Notes under the pieces: model-generated
The model's input: only the letters and a program-made list of their open reading frames with translations
The model's database searches: none
What the model was told of the DNA's origin: nothing
Source: a virus
Taxonomy: Duplodnaviria; Caudoviricetes
Length of the DNA stretch: 49,166 bases
Strand: one strand, 5' to 3'
IMG/VR virus record: IMGVR_UViG_3300037506_000042
Span: 1 to 49,166 of that record
Part shown: positions 16,849 to 27,171 of the stretch, piece after piece
Position numbering within the stretch: the stretch's first letter is position 1
Layout: every line of letters starts with the position of its first letter
Translations under genes and position numbers: made by a program

Positions 16849-17336
16849 TTCGTTTACCCGGTTTGTTGGTAGTCGTACGCGCTATACACGCCAGCGCGCG
16901 GCGTTTGTGTTTGTATTTACTCCGTTCTTCCTCCTTCGTTCAACAAAAAGAGTATACGCTATTGCGCGTTTAAAACAATATACAAACTACTACGCATTCT
17001 GACGCGCTACTACGCATTCTGATTGCGATATCTGTGATATATGCGATAACAAGCTGCGATATCGAGAATGATTGCCGCGGTCTGTTTGTTTGCGTCATCT
17101 TGAAAACCTATACTTTTGATGTATTTTTTCATGTTCTGTTGCAGAACAATAGTTCTGATGCGACAATATGTGTGTAGGGTGACGCTCGCCCCAGCGCAAG
17201 GCGTCACTGTTGCGCGTCGAATATATCGTTATAGTCTGTTGAAGTCGCGTCACCCTGCCAATATGACTAACTTTGGTTTCCTCCTTTGCTTACGCAGCGC
17301 ATTCGGCAAGCCGAATGCGCTGCGATGTTTTCCGGA

Positions 17337-18299
17337 ATGACTACTAAATCAAGATCTAGAATTGTTGTTGTTCCAGTAGGAGATATGCATGTGGGTTCTT
17401 CAGTTGCGTTAGTTCATAAAGAAGGCGCTGCATTAGAAGACGGCGGCAGATACACGCCAAATGCTGCTCAACTATGGATGTGGGATAAGTGGTGCAGGCT
17501 AGTAGATATAGTTAGAAGTCTTCGCAAGCAACGCGCGCACATTGTAGTTGTGTGGATGGGTGAATTTATAGACGGTAGACACCACGAAACAACGCAACTT
17601 TTAAGTCAAGCTCCAGAGATACAAGCTTGCGCAGCTTTAGATGTTGTAATGCCGCTTGCATCTCTTGCAAATGAATCGTATGTTATGCGCGGAACAGAAG
17701 CGCATAGCGGAAAAGGCGCCGCGTCTGATTACAGCATAGGTAGAGAAATCGGAGCAAGAAAGGATCCAGAAACAGGCATGCACGCTTTTTATCAATTGTC
17801 TCTGATGTGCAATGATGTTTTGTTTGATATTGCGCATCACGTATCATCAGGTGGTGACGATGCGCGCTTGTACGGTAACGCAATCAGAAGAGAAACAGCT
17901 AATATGCGTTTCGAAAATCCGCGCGTTAACGTGGTTCTTCGGGGACACGTTCATAGATACTCTGACACAGGAGACGCTTTTGGAGACAATCTATGGGGAG
18001 CAGTAATTCCAGCATGGCAACTAAAAACAGCATTCACACATCGAGTAACAAGAAGAAGGCTATACGACGTTGGAACAACTCTAATAACATGCGAACAAGG
18101 ATTCTTTCAAAGACAACGTATAGCATGGCAACTCCCGCAACCACCGACAATATTAGCTGGTTTGAATCACAAGCAATTAGTAAAGCGCTATCGTTTTACG
18201 AAAGTCAAAAAAGGCAACCTGAAGAGTTTACGCGCTCAGAATTTCAAAGAAAATACGGCTACACGCGCTGGAAAGCCGAATCTGCGCTTGAAGAGTTAG
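17337..18299 (+). CDS. Calcineurin-like metallophosphoesterase
   Basis: GDMHVGS, GEFIDG, RGTEAH, HH and RGHVH metal-binding motifs. Confidence 0.85.
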   Translation: MTTKSRSRIVVVPVGDMHVGSSVALVHKEGAALEDGGRYTPNAAQLWMWDKWCRLVDIVRSLRKQRAHIVVVWMGEFIDGRHHETTQLLSQAPEIQACAALDVVMPLASLANESYVMRGTEAHSGKGAASDYSIGREIGARKDPETGMHAFYQLSLMCNDVLFDIAHHVSSGGDDARLYGNAIRRETANMRFENPRVNVVLRGHVHRYSDTGDAFGDNLWGAVIPAWQLKTAFTHRVTRRRLYDVGTTLITCEQGFFQRQRIAWQLPQPPTILAGLNHKQLVKRYRFTKVKKGNLKSLRAQNFKENTATRAGKPNLRLKS

Positions 18300-18397
18300 T
18301 CAAACAAGGCGTAATAGTTCGCAGAAGGTCTTTGCAAAACACTTGGTTATACAGAGAAACGGTGTGCAAAAAAAGAACACAAAAAGCAGTTGTGTGA
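18125..18397 (+). CDS. Small winged-helix-like protein overlapping the phosphoesterase 3' end
   Basis: FTRSEFQRKYGYTRWKAESALEELVKQGVIVRRR wHTH-like pattern. Confidence 0.6.
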   Translation: MATPATTDNISWFESQAISKALSFYESQKRQPEEFTRSEFQRKYGYTRWKAESALEELVKQGVIVRRRSLQNTWLYRETVCKKRTQKAVV

Positions 18398-18595
18398 AAC
18401 CGACTTTGTTCTGCTGTGAAAGCGCAAAGGATATTGATTCAAAACTGAAAACGGTGTAAGATGAAGTCAAATTGCTCACCAGAACCTTTTCTGGTTAAAG
18501 TCTACTCTTGTTTTACTCCGCAAGTTGTCTTTTACTTACAAGTACACTGCGCTCTGTGTGTTTGAGCAATCACACAGAGTGACTCATTCAAGAAC

Positions 18596-18805
18596 ATGAA
18601 AGACGACAAAGACGAATCAGAGGCTAAATTGTGTTTTCATTGCTCTGACGAGTTTGTAGCAGACGCAATGAAAGAGATGTACAAGTGCTTGGTTGCTTTG
18701 CAGAAAGAATCATGGCGCAAAAAGATCACGCTAAGAGTGTTTTGGCAAAACAGCGATCGTCCTAAAGTTCGCATCGATAACGTGGATTGCTTAAACATCA
18801 TCTGA
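18596..18805 (+). CDS. Small hypothetical protein
   Basis: 69-aa ORF in operon orientation. Confidence 0.5.
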   Translation: MKDDKDESEAKLCFHCSDEFVADAMKEMYKCLVALQKESWRKKITLRVFWQNSDRPKVRIDNVDCLNII

Positions 18806-18898
18806 TAGAATGTGATTGTTGCCAGTTACGGTAGTGCGGCGATAGCTCTTTATTGAGTTATCGCCGATTTTGTTTTTCCGCTTAGGTAAGGTTTGATA

Positions 18899-19366
18899 AT
18901 GAAAAAAAACTTGTCTTCTTTCGTTCGTTTTTTGGCTTTGATGCTTGCATGCATTTTCTCTTTTTCTTCTATCGCTTATGCGCAAGGAGATACAGTGCCG
19001 ACTACTGATGTTTCTACAATTGTTGGTCTGCAATCTTTGCTGTCGTGGGTTGTTCTTGGTGGAGCAGGGCTGCTTGCTTCATGGCTTGTTGATCGAGCTT
19101 TGCTTTTTCACTCTCTGGATACCGGTTTGCGCATGGTTGCTGTTGCTGGTCTTAGCATCGTTTTTGCGACGATTGCGCGTGTCGCGCTCACGCTTGTTCC
19201 AGCTGATGTGTTTTCTGCAATTGACGTCTATTTCAAAGACTGGCTGCCGTATCTGCTGCCGTTCTTGTGGTCTCTGTCTGTTACGTTTGCGACAAAGAGT
19301 ATTTCAAACGGCGTTGCAAAGTCAAAGGCACTCAAGGCGTTCAGCGCAGACGCGATGGCGTCATAG
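18899..19366 (+). CDS. Holin-like membrane protein
   Basis: Signal or TM segment plus three hydrophobic helices, directly before the lysin. Confidence 0.6.
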   Translation: MKKNLSSFVRFLALMLACIFSFSSIAYAQGDTVPTTDVSTIVGLQSLLSWVVLGGAGLLASWLVDRALLFHSLDTGLRMVAVAGLSIVFATIARVALTLVPADVFSAIDVYFKDWLPYLLPFLWSLSVTFATKSISNGVAKSKALKAFSADAMAS

Positions 19367-19369
19367 AAC

Positions 19370-21064
19370 ATGAGCGAACCGACACACGTCACGCAGGAGG
19401 GCAACGGCTGGCGCAATGACTGTGGAGCCGCGGCTCTACTTGCCATCGCCCGGTGGATGGGATATGGTCGTAATGTGTCCGTGCGGTATATCGCCGAACG
19501 CATTGACCGAGCACAAGACGGCACAATATCGGCCGACATCGTGCGCGGATTTGGCCTGGTCGGGCTTGCCGCGCAAGTTGGATACGCGGGATTCCCGCGT
19601 GTCGAGTTGGTCGATTACGGCCAGATGCCTCGCGAACTCAAAGCGCCGGCATATCGCGAGTCAACATTCCTACACTGGATCGTGCGCGTTTCGGCTGGCG
19701 TGTATCTCGACCCGTTGCACACAAACCCGATGCTCGGCCGTGTGGTCTGCCTGCCGACCGTCATCGACGCAGCGCACGCCGCCGGCATCAGGCGCACGTC
19801 GCTTGACTGCCGTTCGATCGGGGTCCCCGAACAAAATACTATGTCAAACACAACCCCGCCGCCCGCCATCATTGCACGCGAGGCGGTTGTCAACTGGAAA
19901 TCGTGGAATGTTCGTTTAACACCTGATGTAAAGGCAGGAGTTCCTATTGGTAAGCCTTTAGGAGTTCTTAAATTTGGCGCGCGCGTGAAGGTGCTGCGTG
20001 AGATCGTTTCGGGCGGGCTGACGTTCGGAGAGATCGAGATCGCCGCCGGCGGCGCACCGGTCTTTGACTCAGACGCCGACGCGACGAACAACGTCGCATA
20101 CATCCTCAAGCGCAGCAACGGCTGGACTTATGCAGGCGCCGCCCAACCGCCAGCGCAATCAGGCCATCCGGCACCAGCTCAGCCGGCCACCGTCATCGGA
20201 GTGCATCCGGCGTTGCCGACGCGGGCCACGCACCAGCGTCTCGGCATACACATGCTTACCACTGGTAAACCGCTGTTGCAGGACTACATCGACGCCGGCT
20301 GTCCGTCGTTTACAGCGATGGATAACGTCATGGCCGCGCGTGAGGCTCGCGCGGCGGGATGCGCGGCGATCTTCAGGCGTTTCATCAATCACGGCTCTGT
20401 TCCTGATCCGCGCGAGTTTGCGCGATACATGGGCCTTGGGCGGGATGACACGCTGATGGTAATGGGTGTTAACGAAGCGGACTCGATCTCGACCAGCGAT
20501 ATCGAAAAGCGATTCGATTGGGATCGAAAATTCGCAGAGGCTGTCTGGGAGTTTTACCCGCGATGCTTTCCGCTCATTGGTTCGTTCAGCATGGGCACGC
20601 CGCAGATCGACAATCCCGATGTGGCGCGGCGTGTGCGCGAAACATACGGGACATTTCTAAACGCAAACTGGCATCGCGTCGGCCTCAACTATCACAGCTA
20701 CACAGAGAAGAGCGCCGATGATTGGCCGCCGGCAAACGCCAGAACAATCGCTGACGAATGGCTGGCCGAGCGCTGGTTGAAGTATGGCCTTGACCCGGTA
20801 TATGTCGGGCTTGACCCGCGCGTTATCATGACGGGCGACGAGACCGGCGTAGACATTGGCGGATTTGGCGGGCTGCCGGCGACTGGTCACACGCATGAGA
20901 CATTCAAAAACAAATGGTGGTCGAAGCGCAAAGCGTTGCATGAGCAATACCCGCAGTTGTATGTACAAAACATTTTCCAAGGGGTGACGGACAACCAGCG
21001 GTGGATGGGATATAGCGCGCACGGGTATATGCCAGTGCTGCGCGAAATCTGGCGAGGTGTCTAA
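19370..21064 (+). CDS. Modular endolysin-like protein (C39-like Cys peptidase, SH3-like domain, glycoside-hydrolase-like C-terminus)
   Basis: Q...NDCGAAAL...HWIV...YLDP papain-like triad; WNVRLTP SH3b-like start; VNE...YHSY...DETG barrel-like motifs. Confidence 0.65.
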   Translation: MSEPTHVTQEGNGWRNDCGAAALLAIARWMGYGRNVSVRYIAERIDRAQDGTISADIVRGFGLVGLAAQVGYAGFPRVELVDYGQMPRELKAPAYRESTFLHWIVRVSAGVYLDPLHTNPMLGRVVCLPTVIDAAHAAGIRRTSLDCRSIGVPEQNTMSNTTPPPAIIAREAVVNWKSWNVRLTPDVKAGVPIGKPLGVLKFGARVKVLREIVSGGLTFGEIEIAAGGAPVFDSDADATNNVAYILKRSNGWTYAGAAQPPAQSGHPAPAQPATVIGVHPALPTRATHQRLGIHMLTTGKPLLQDYIDAGCPSFTAMDNVMAAREARAAGCAAIFRRFINHGSVPDPREFARYMGLGRDDTLMVMGVNEADSISTSDIEKRFDWDRKFAEAVWEFYPRCFPLIGSFSMGTPQIDNPDVARRVRETYGTFLNANWHRVGLNYHSYTEKSADDWPPANARTIADEWLAERWLKYGLDPVYVGLDPRVIMTGDETGVDIGGFGGLPATGHTHETFKNKWWSKRKALHEQYPQLYVQNIFQGVTDNQRWMGYSAHGYMPVLREIWRGV

Positions 21065-21168
21065 CGATTACACGCGCGCCGCAACCGGCAGTTGGGCTAC
21101 CGGAAGCGGCGCAAAGACAGTGTAGCAATAGAAAGCTGCAAAGTTACATGGAAATTTGAGGCCCAACA

Positions 21169-21489
21169 ATGACAACATCAGAGACAACAATGACAACAGA
21201 CGACCGATTGGATCACCTCGAACAAGCGTTTGGCGAGTTGTGCGTAGAAGTGTCGCATTTAAGAAATGCTCTTGTAGGTAGCGAGCAGTTTAGAACAAAA
21301 GGTGTAATGGACACAGTTCAAGAAAACACAAAAGCTGTTAATGAGCTTAGCGATAGAGTTGCATCTATGGAACAAGCAATGCAGCAGACAAAGCGTTTTT
21401 TTGGTTTGTTCGGAGTCGCAGACTTGAAAAGTTTGCTAACAATTGTTTCACTTGTGTTTGCTCTAGGCAAGGGGTTTAACTGGTGGTAA
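21169..21489 (+). CDS. Coiled-coil protein with C-terminal TM (lysis accessory-like)
   Basis: Heptad pattern then LLTIVSLVFALGKGFNWW. Confidence 0.65.
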   Translation: MTTSETTMTTDDRLDHLEQAFGELCVEVSHLRNALVGSEQFRTKGVMDTVQENTKAVNELSDRVASMEQAMQQTKRFFGLFGVADLKSLLTIVSLVFALGKGFNWW

Positions 21490-21809
21490 GTCACTACGTG
21501 TCTTTGTTAGTGCTGTTTTTGATTGTTGCGTTTCTTTACGCAGCTTTGCAAGACGCAAAATCTGTAATAAATAAGTTCACTAGCAGCGAAAAAGTCGGCG
21601 CGTTTGTTTTTGTTCTGATTTCTCTAGGCGCACTGTCTCGCGTTGTAACCGCTGCAAAGCTAGACGAGTGGTCTTTTGCAAAAGCTTACAAATCTTTGCT
21701 GTTGGTTGTGATGAAAGTGTTGGCAGAATTTTCTAAAATGCTTGCCGGCATAGTTGTTAAATTCGCCAACGAACATGATCGAATTCATGAAGAAGTGAAG
21801 AAGAGGTAA
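21483..21809 (+). CDS. Small two-TM membrane protein
   Basis: Two hydrophobic helices; overlaps the upstream stop. Confidence 0.6.
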   Translation: MVSHYVSLLVLFLIVAFLYAALQDAKSVINKFTSSEKVGAFVFVLISLGALSRVVTAAKLDEWSFAKAYKSLLLVVMKVLAEFSKMLAGIVVKFANEHDRIHEEVKKR

Positions 21810-21811
21810 AA

Positions 21812-23239
21812 ATGGCACTAATCACAGATCCCGATTTACTCGAAGACTCCGTAGCTGACGATGGATCGCAGGAGGTGTATATAAACACCACTGCAAAGAC
21901 TATCAAGCTAAACACTGTCGGCAACCTTTCTTCTGATGGCGTGACAATGAAAGCGCTGTATTCATTTTTGAAGGAAGAATGGCGACAAGATACAAACTTA
22001 AAAAATCTGGCAGCTTTCCCGTTTCCGATCACATCAATTACTGATGAATCGTTTGAGTTTATCGATGGTTGGGACTTTTTGAACGATGCGTCAAGGTATT
22101 TGATTCGCAGCGCAGGATGGACTGTTGTAAACACCGCAGGAAATGTAACGCAAAAATGGGCGGGTATTATCGGTCTAGGTGTAATCGAGTCTAACGATCA
22201 ATTGTATTTTCAGCAGTCAGCAAATGGCGCAGCGGTAAACGCTCAATTGCTAGGTCAAATCAACCAGTCTGTGCAAATATTGAGCGACCCGAACGGAGAC
22301 GGAGATTACTCTGACGGATATGACAAACGTTCTTACCTAAAACTGTTTGTTCGAGAACAAGGTCAAATATACAGCGTTGCGCAACTGTCTGATATCGGCG
22401 TTTCGCAGCTTTCTTCGCAAGCGTATCGGTTCCCAATTGCAACTGGCTTCGATTTGAAGGTAACGCACTCCGATACTCAAATTGACGCAAACTCAGACGG
22501 CACTGCAGACGTTGCGCCTTATAGCGGAATGTCGATTACGTATTACTCAACTCCGCAGGTTAGAAATATCGGCGGAACTAACAGAAATTTTGGCATTATC
22601 ATCAACGGTAACAACGCAACAGCAGAGCAGATTTACGAATTTGTGCAATGGAGCTTGAGAAAGAACTCAGACATAGACGCAGGTTCTGGTACAGTTATTG
22701 GTAAAACCGCTGACGCTCTACTGCAATTTGTCGACGACACGTTGAAAACAAAAAACGCAAACAATCCTTCCGGCGGAGGCTCTGGCGTGTTTATCGACAA
22801 CTATCAAACAGTTGATATTAACCGTTTGGTGTTTCTTGACAATACTGCAACTGAAAGAACGTATCCGTATGTTGCAGCGCTTACTATCAATTTTGGAGCA
22901 AACCTTGTAGCAGATCCTGATGCAAAATACTGGGTATATTTCACAAACCTACCTGGATCTGGTAACGATTACGGCGAGTCTGGCGCAGTATTGGTAGATG
23001 ACAACGCGTCTTCAGACATGACAGGGAACGTATCTGGCGTTTCGTTTATTACTAGAAGTTTCAACTATGACGGCAACACGCAAGGCGGTAGAACGCCTGG
23101 TACAGATGCGGCAATAACGGTTGTCGGCATCGGTTTAAGCACTGGTCAGTACGTTAGAACAACAGGCGTTATTCAACGTAGCACTTCTAACAGTGTCTCT
23201 CTTGTTTCTGCTCTTGAGAGAAACTACGCAAATCCATAA
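21812..23239 (+). CDS. Putative virion structural protein, perfect target of spacer 6
   Basis: 475 aa, G/S/T/N-rich beta-type composition; GAGG RBS. Confidence 0.7.
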   Translation: MALITDPDLLEDSVADDGSQEVYINTTAKTIKLNTVGNLSSDGVTMKALYSFLKEEWRQDTNLKNLAAFPFPITSITDESFEFIDGWDFLNDASRYLIRSAGWTVVNTAGNVTQKWAGIIGLGVIESNDQLYFQQSANGAAVNAQLLGQINQSVQILSDPNGDGDYSDGYDKRSYLKLFVREQGQIYSVAQLSDIGVSQLSSQAYRFPIATGFDLKVTHSDTQIDANSDGTADVAPYSGMSITYYSTPQVRNIGGTNRNFGIIINGNNATAEQIYEFVQWSLRKNSDIDAGSGTVIGKTADALLQFVDDTLKTKNANNPSGGGSGVFIDNYQTVDINRLVFLDNTATERTYPYVAALTINFGANLVADPDAKYWVYFTNLPGSGNDYGESGAVLVDDNASSDMTGNVSGVSFITRSFNYDGNTQGGRTPGTDAAITVVGIGLSTGQYVRTTGVIQRSTSNSVSLVSALERNYANP

Positions 23240-23256
23240 CGTGAAATTCGCGAAAA

Positions 23257-25809
23257 ATGGCGACTTTTACCGTAACAACAGCAAACACGAATGTAGACTC
23301 TTTGACTGCTAAAACAGGCGGAGACGTATACAACATAAACGGCGGACAGCTTGTAATTGATCAAGATTCTAGATACGGTCTGAATCAAACCGCAAGCACA
23401 AGCTTAGGAAATATAACGATTAGCCCGACACTTGGCGGTGAAGTCGTTATAGATGCGCGCAGCGTAAAGATTATTCAATACTCGTCTGGTTCTGGAAACG
23501 TTCCTGCTGCGAACACCGCAATATCGCAAGGCGCAGTAACGGGGAAGTTGATCGGCGTTTGGTCTGCTGTAAATGTTGCTCCTACTGCGCCTGGTGCTGC
23601 TATGCCTGCGTCTGGATTCATAAAAGTAAAGCAGGTGTTAGGTGGAGCATTTCAAGCAGGCGCGTTGTCAGGAATTTCGGCATCTTCATCTGGTGCTTCC
23701 GTTCCAGGATGGCTTGAAGTTGTCGGTGATGAGTCTGCAACTGTAAACGTTCCAAGACTTGGAAAATTCACAATTCTAGGTGAGTGGTACGAAGTCGGAA
23801 ATACAAGCGGTGTAGCTAATCAGCAGTTTCAGTTACCTACATCAGGTTTAAATGTCTACTATCCTGGTGTGTGGATAGAAAAAGCACCAGGTTCTAATGA
23901 TTACGAGTTCTATCCAAACTCAGGAAATCAAACAAGCGTAGCGCCAGATATTCGAGCAAAAGTAGTCTGGATAAACTCTTCTGGTTTGCTTCGAATAGGT
24001 CACAACGGAACCGCAAACGCTGGCTATGTTCCTGCGTCTGGTTTGAAAATTCGCATCGGTAACGTTGTGTGTCACAACTGCACAACTGCTAATAGAACTG
24101 CAAACGCATTGCCTAATGCAACGCTCGCAAATCGATACGACTTTACAACAAGCGGCGGAGGCGTTATCGAAATAGACAAGGCGTGCATATCTTGGTATTT
24201 GTCGTTTGTTCAAGCTTTTAGCGTGAATCTTACAAACACCGCGACAAACGAGCAGATATCAGTTAGCGAGATAGCATCGCCGATGATCTGGTCAAAGTGC
24301 GGTGTAGGTCAAACAGCAGCGCAGTCTCAAACCGCGCTGAATATGTCACTATGTTTTTTTGGAGGCACGTTTACAGATTGTCATTGGTCTAGAGCAACGC
24401 TAGCATCATCAGGCTTTTACACTGTACTTGTCACTGATTGCTCAGGTTTTACATTTGTAAACCAAAGAACAACTGCGCTTTCTCTAAAAGGCAACGTAAG
24501 CACAGGCAATTACAGCTGCACCAGATCGTCAAATTTAATATTTACATCGCCAAAAATGACTAATGGCGGCTTTCTGTTTTCTACTTGCTCTAATACTCTT
24601 GTTCAGAGTGCTAGCTACGCAGACGTGATAACAGGAACGACAAACACAACTTCAGCGCAAAACACGTATTTGTTTTCTTACAACACAAAATGCGATTCAT
24701 GCACAGTATCAGGCTTGGACTTTTTCGGTTTGACGAACGTTCAGCCTTATAACGGGATTTTTTACGTTTCTGCTGCTGGTTGTAATAACATGAAGTGCAG
24801 AAACATCGGCACTATCACTACTCCTTTGAGTCTAGGAAGCACAAACGGGTGTGCGTATTTGTTCGTTCTTTCTTCTGGTGCAGCAGCGTCTAACGTAAAG
24901 ATTCAAAGGTGTTACGTGTCAAATACTAGAACCGGTATATGGAGTGCCGACAACTCTTCTACTGGAGTTGTTATAGAGAACGTCGCAGGTGATTATAGTG
25001 ACTCTCCCACGTCTCCATTTTTGAACGGAGTTATAAAATCAGCAGCTTTAACTCACTCTCTGACAGCTCAAACGGCAGTTTACGGCACGCACTTTGCTAG
25101 TATGTTTGTGTCGTCAAGCGAAGGACGCATCATGGTTCTAATGAACGAGTCTACTTCGCAAACCGCGCAGCAAACATCACTAGAGAATGGCGCGAAATTC
25201 ACAAGTAGCGGCGGATTGTATATGCCTGTTGTTGGTATGCGTGCAACGTTTGAAATGCCGTTTTTTGCTCTCGGTCACAACTCTTTCCAAAATCAGCCTC
25301 CAGTAATGAGTGGTGGAACGTTGAGCAATTACACGTTGGAGTATCAGACAAACACTGGTTTATCTTGGTCTTCGTGGAAAACACTGAGCGGGGCAAACCT
25401 AAGCGCTGAGACGATCAGTTCAAGTGCTGGTGTAAAACTGAAATTTAGAATCACAACAAGCGTAGCTAACACTACACAGATAACAAGTTTATACATACGT
25501 ACAAACTCGTCATTGATCGATCAAGCAAACCAATACACTTTAGACTTGGTCAAGATAACGCTAACAGGTCTAAAATACAATACAGAAGTTAGAGTGTTTC
25601 AGTCAGGTACCGTAACAGAAATACCAGAAACCGGTAACGAGAACGTTACAACTGGTAGTCATTCGTTTGATGTGTCATCAGGTCAATCGATTGATATATC
25701 AATTTTAAGTCTTGACTACAAAAACACAAGAATACTCAACTACTCTACTCTTTCAGATGTGTCTATACCTGTATCACAAGTGATAGACCGTCAGTACGAA
25801 AACTTTTAA
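23257..25809 (+). CDS. Large beta-helix-like virion or appendage protein
   Basis: 850 aa, S/T/N/G-rich with repetitive C/N-ladder strands. Confidence 0.7.
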   Translation: MATFTVTTANTNVDSLTAKTGGDVYNINGGQLVIDQDSRYGLNQTASTSLGNITISPTLGGEVVIDARSVKIIQYSSGSGNVPAANTAISQGAVTGKLIGVWSAVNVAPTAPGAAMPASGFIKVKQVLGGAFQAGALSGISASSSGASVPGWLEVVGDESATVNVPRLGKFTILGEWYEVGNTSGVANQQFQLPTSGLNVYYPGVWIEKAPGSNDYEFYPNSGNQTSVAPDIRAKVVWINSSGLLRIGHNGTANAGYVPASGLKIRIGNVVCHNCTTANRTANALPNATLANRYDFTTSGGGVIEIDKACISWYLSFVQAFSVNLTNTATNEQISVSEIASPMIWSKCGVGQTAAQSQTALNMSLCFFGGTFTDCHWSRATLASSGFYTVLVTDCSGFTFVNQRTTALSLKGNVSTGNYSCTRSSNLIFTSPKMTNGGFLFSTCSNTLVQSASYADVITGTTNTTSAQNTYLFSYNTKCDSCTVSGLDFFGLTNVQPYNGIFYVSAAGCNNMKCRNIGTITTPLSLGSTNGCAYLFVLSSGAAASNVKIQRCYVSNTRTGIWSADNSSTGVVIENVAGDYSDSPTSPFLNGVIKSAALTHSLTAQTAVYGTHFASMFVSSSEGRIMVLMNESTSQTAQQTSLENGAKFTSSGGLYMPVVGMRATFEMPFFALGHNSFQNQPPVMSGGTLSNYTLEYQTNTGLSWSSWKTLSGANLSAETISSSAGVKLKFRITTSVANTTQITSLYIRTNSSLIDQANQYTLDLVKITLTGLKYNTEVRVFQSGTVTEIPETGNENVTTGSHSFDVSSGQSIDISILSLDYKNTRILNYSTLSDVSIPVSQVIDRQYENF

Positions 25810-26393
25810 TGCCAGTTACATTTGACGGACCCAGCAAAATGATCATTGCTACTACAGGAACAACTCAAATTTCTGTAGCAGATGTTTACTCGCGCTGGAA
25901 AGACTGGGTAATCTCTGGTAATGCTCATTTTCTAGAGGCGTTTTCTCCAGTAGGAGGAGAAAGCATCGACGTATCGCAAGGAACGTCTATTCCTTTGTAT
26001 GCATTTCTTGTCAATGGATGGAGGTTAAGACCGCAAGAGGCGTCGCACACGCTGAACGTAGTTGGAGGAGTGATACTTGTTTCTGGTGGCGGTGATCCGT
26101 TTGCAAGCACACTAGGAAACTGGCTAATCAAAATAAACTATCAACAACCAGTTCAGGCAATCGGCGTATCAGGTTCGTCATCTGGTGGTTTAACGACTGC
26201 TCAAGATCAGCGCTTAGAAAGAATTGAAAAGTTTTTGAGAAACAAGACAATTACAGATCCGTCTACGGGCATGCAAACGATTTACGAAGACGACGGTTCA
26301 ACAGTTTTTGCAGAAGCGGATCTTTTCGAAGATGCAAGCGGTAATCAGAGGTATCGTGGCCAAGGCGCAGAACGCAGGGAGAAACTGCAATGA
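25809..26393 (+). CDS. Hypothetical virion-associated protein
   Basis: TAATG coupling; DVYSRWKDW segment echoes ALYSFLKEEW of 21812-23239. Confidence 0.7.
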   Translation: MPVTFDGPSKMIIATTGTTQISVADVYSRWKDWVISGNAHFLEAFSPVGGESIDVSQGTSIPLYAFLVNGWRLRPQEASHTLNVVGGVILVSGGGDPFASTLGNWLIKINYQQPVQAIGVSGSSSGGLTTAQDQRLERIEKFLRNKTITDPSTGMQTIYEDDGSTVFAEADLFEDASGNQRYRGQGAERREKLQ

Positions 26394-26860
26394 TAGTAAC
26401 TCGTGGTATTGGCGCAACAACATCGCCTAATCATGGCTCTATCTCTGCCTTTGGCTTTACACGCAAACTAGATTTATATGAGCGCGTGTTTGTGTTTGCG
26501 TATGTCGCACCTGCTGCGTTTGTGTCAACATATGAAAAGTCGTCTGCAATTGTAGGCGCTAATGTTTGTGGTTTGAACTACGTCGACGCGTTTGTTAAAA
26601 ACTCTTTGACTTTGAACGTGTCAAATAAACTACCAATAGACATAAACTTGAATAACAAGAATGGTGTAAGTATCTCTGACAAAATGTGGTCAGGTGCTTT
26701 TGCTTCAACTATCATAAGCGCCGGCGCAAAGCTTTATGAATACGCTCAATCTAGCGTTGCAATATCAACAGAACGCGAGTCTATTTCTACGGTTTCTGTT
26801 GAACACAAAGAGATTGTAAAAATTGAAGCAAAAACACCTTACAGAAAAAGCGAGATTTGA
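26390..26860 (+). CDS. Hypothetical protein
   Basis: ATGA-coupled 156-aa ORF. Confidence 0.6.
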   Translation: MIVTRGIGATTSPNHGSISAFGFTRKLDLYERVFVFAYVAPAAFVSTYEKSSAIVGANVCGLNYVDAFVKNSLTLNVSNKLPIDINLNNKNGVSISDKMWSGAFASTIISAGAKLYEYAQSSVAISTERESISTVSVEHKEIVKIEAKTPYRKSEI

Positions 26861-27171
26861 ATATGACTTGCAGTTGCAACGACAAAAAACCTATCTATAA
26901 AAACACGTCTCCGATTTTGTATGTTGAGTGCAAAGATCCCGTTACGGATGCGCTTTTTGATCCAGCAACGCTTAGCGTGCTTATAACAAAGCCAGACACA
27001 AGCACTGTAACGATTTCATACCCTGGTTCTGGATGGTATAACCCATCTACTGGTAAATACGAGCTTGTATATAATGTTTCTGCATCTGGTTGGTACAAGG
27101 TTCGTGTAACTGTTTCTAGAACAAATGGTGCGAGCGCTGCTGATGAAACAGAATTTGAGGTGATAGATTGA
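26857..27171 (+). CDS. Small Ig-like beta-sandwich protein
   Basis: LSVLITKPD...STGKYELVY...GWYKVRVTV pattern. Confidence 0.6.
   Translation: MNMTCSCNDKKPIYKNTSPILYVECKDPVTDALFDPATLSVLITKPDTSTVTISYPGSGWYNPSTGKYELVYNVSASGWYKVRVTVSRTNGASAADETEFEVID

Noticed and set aside
17161-17260. Possible tRNA
   Set aside because: Long stem but no T-loop GTTC motif or cloverleaf.
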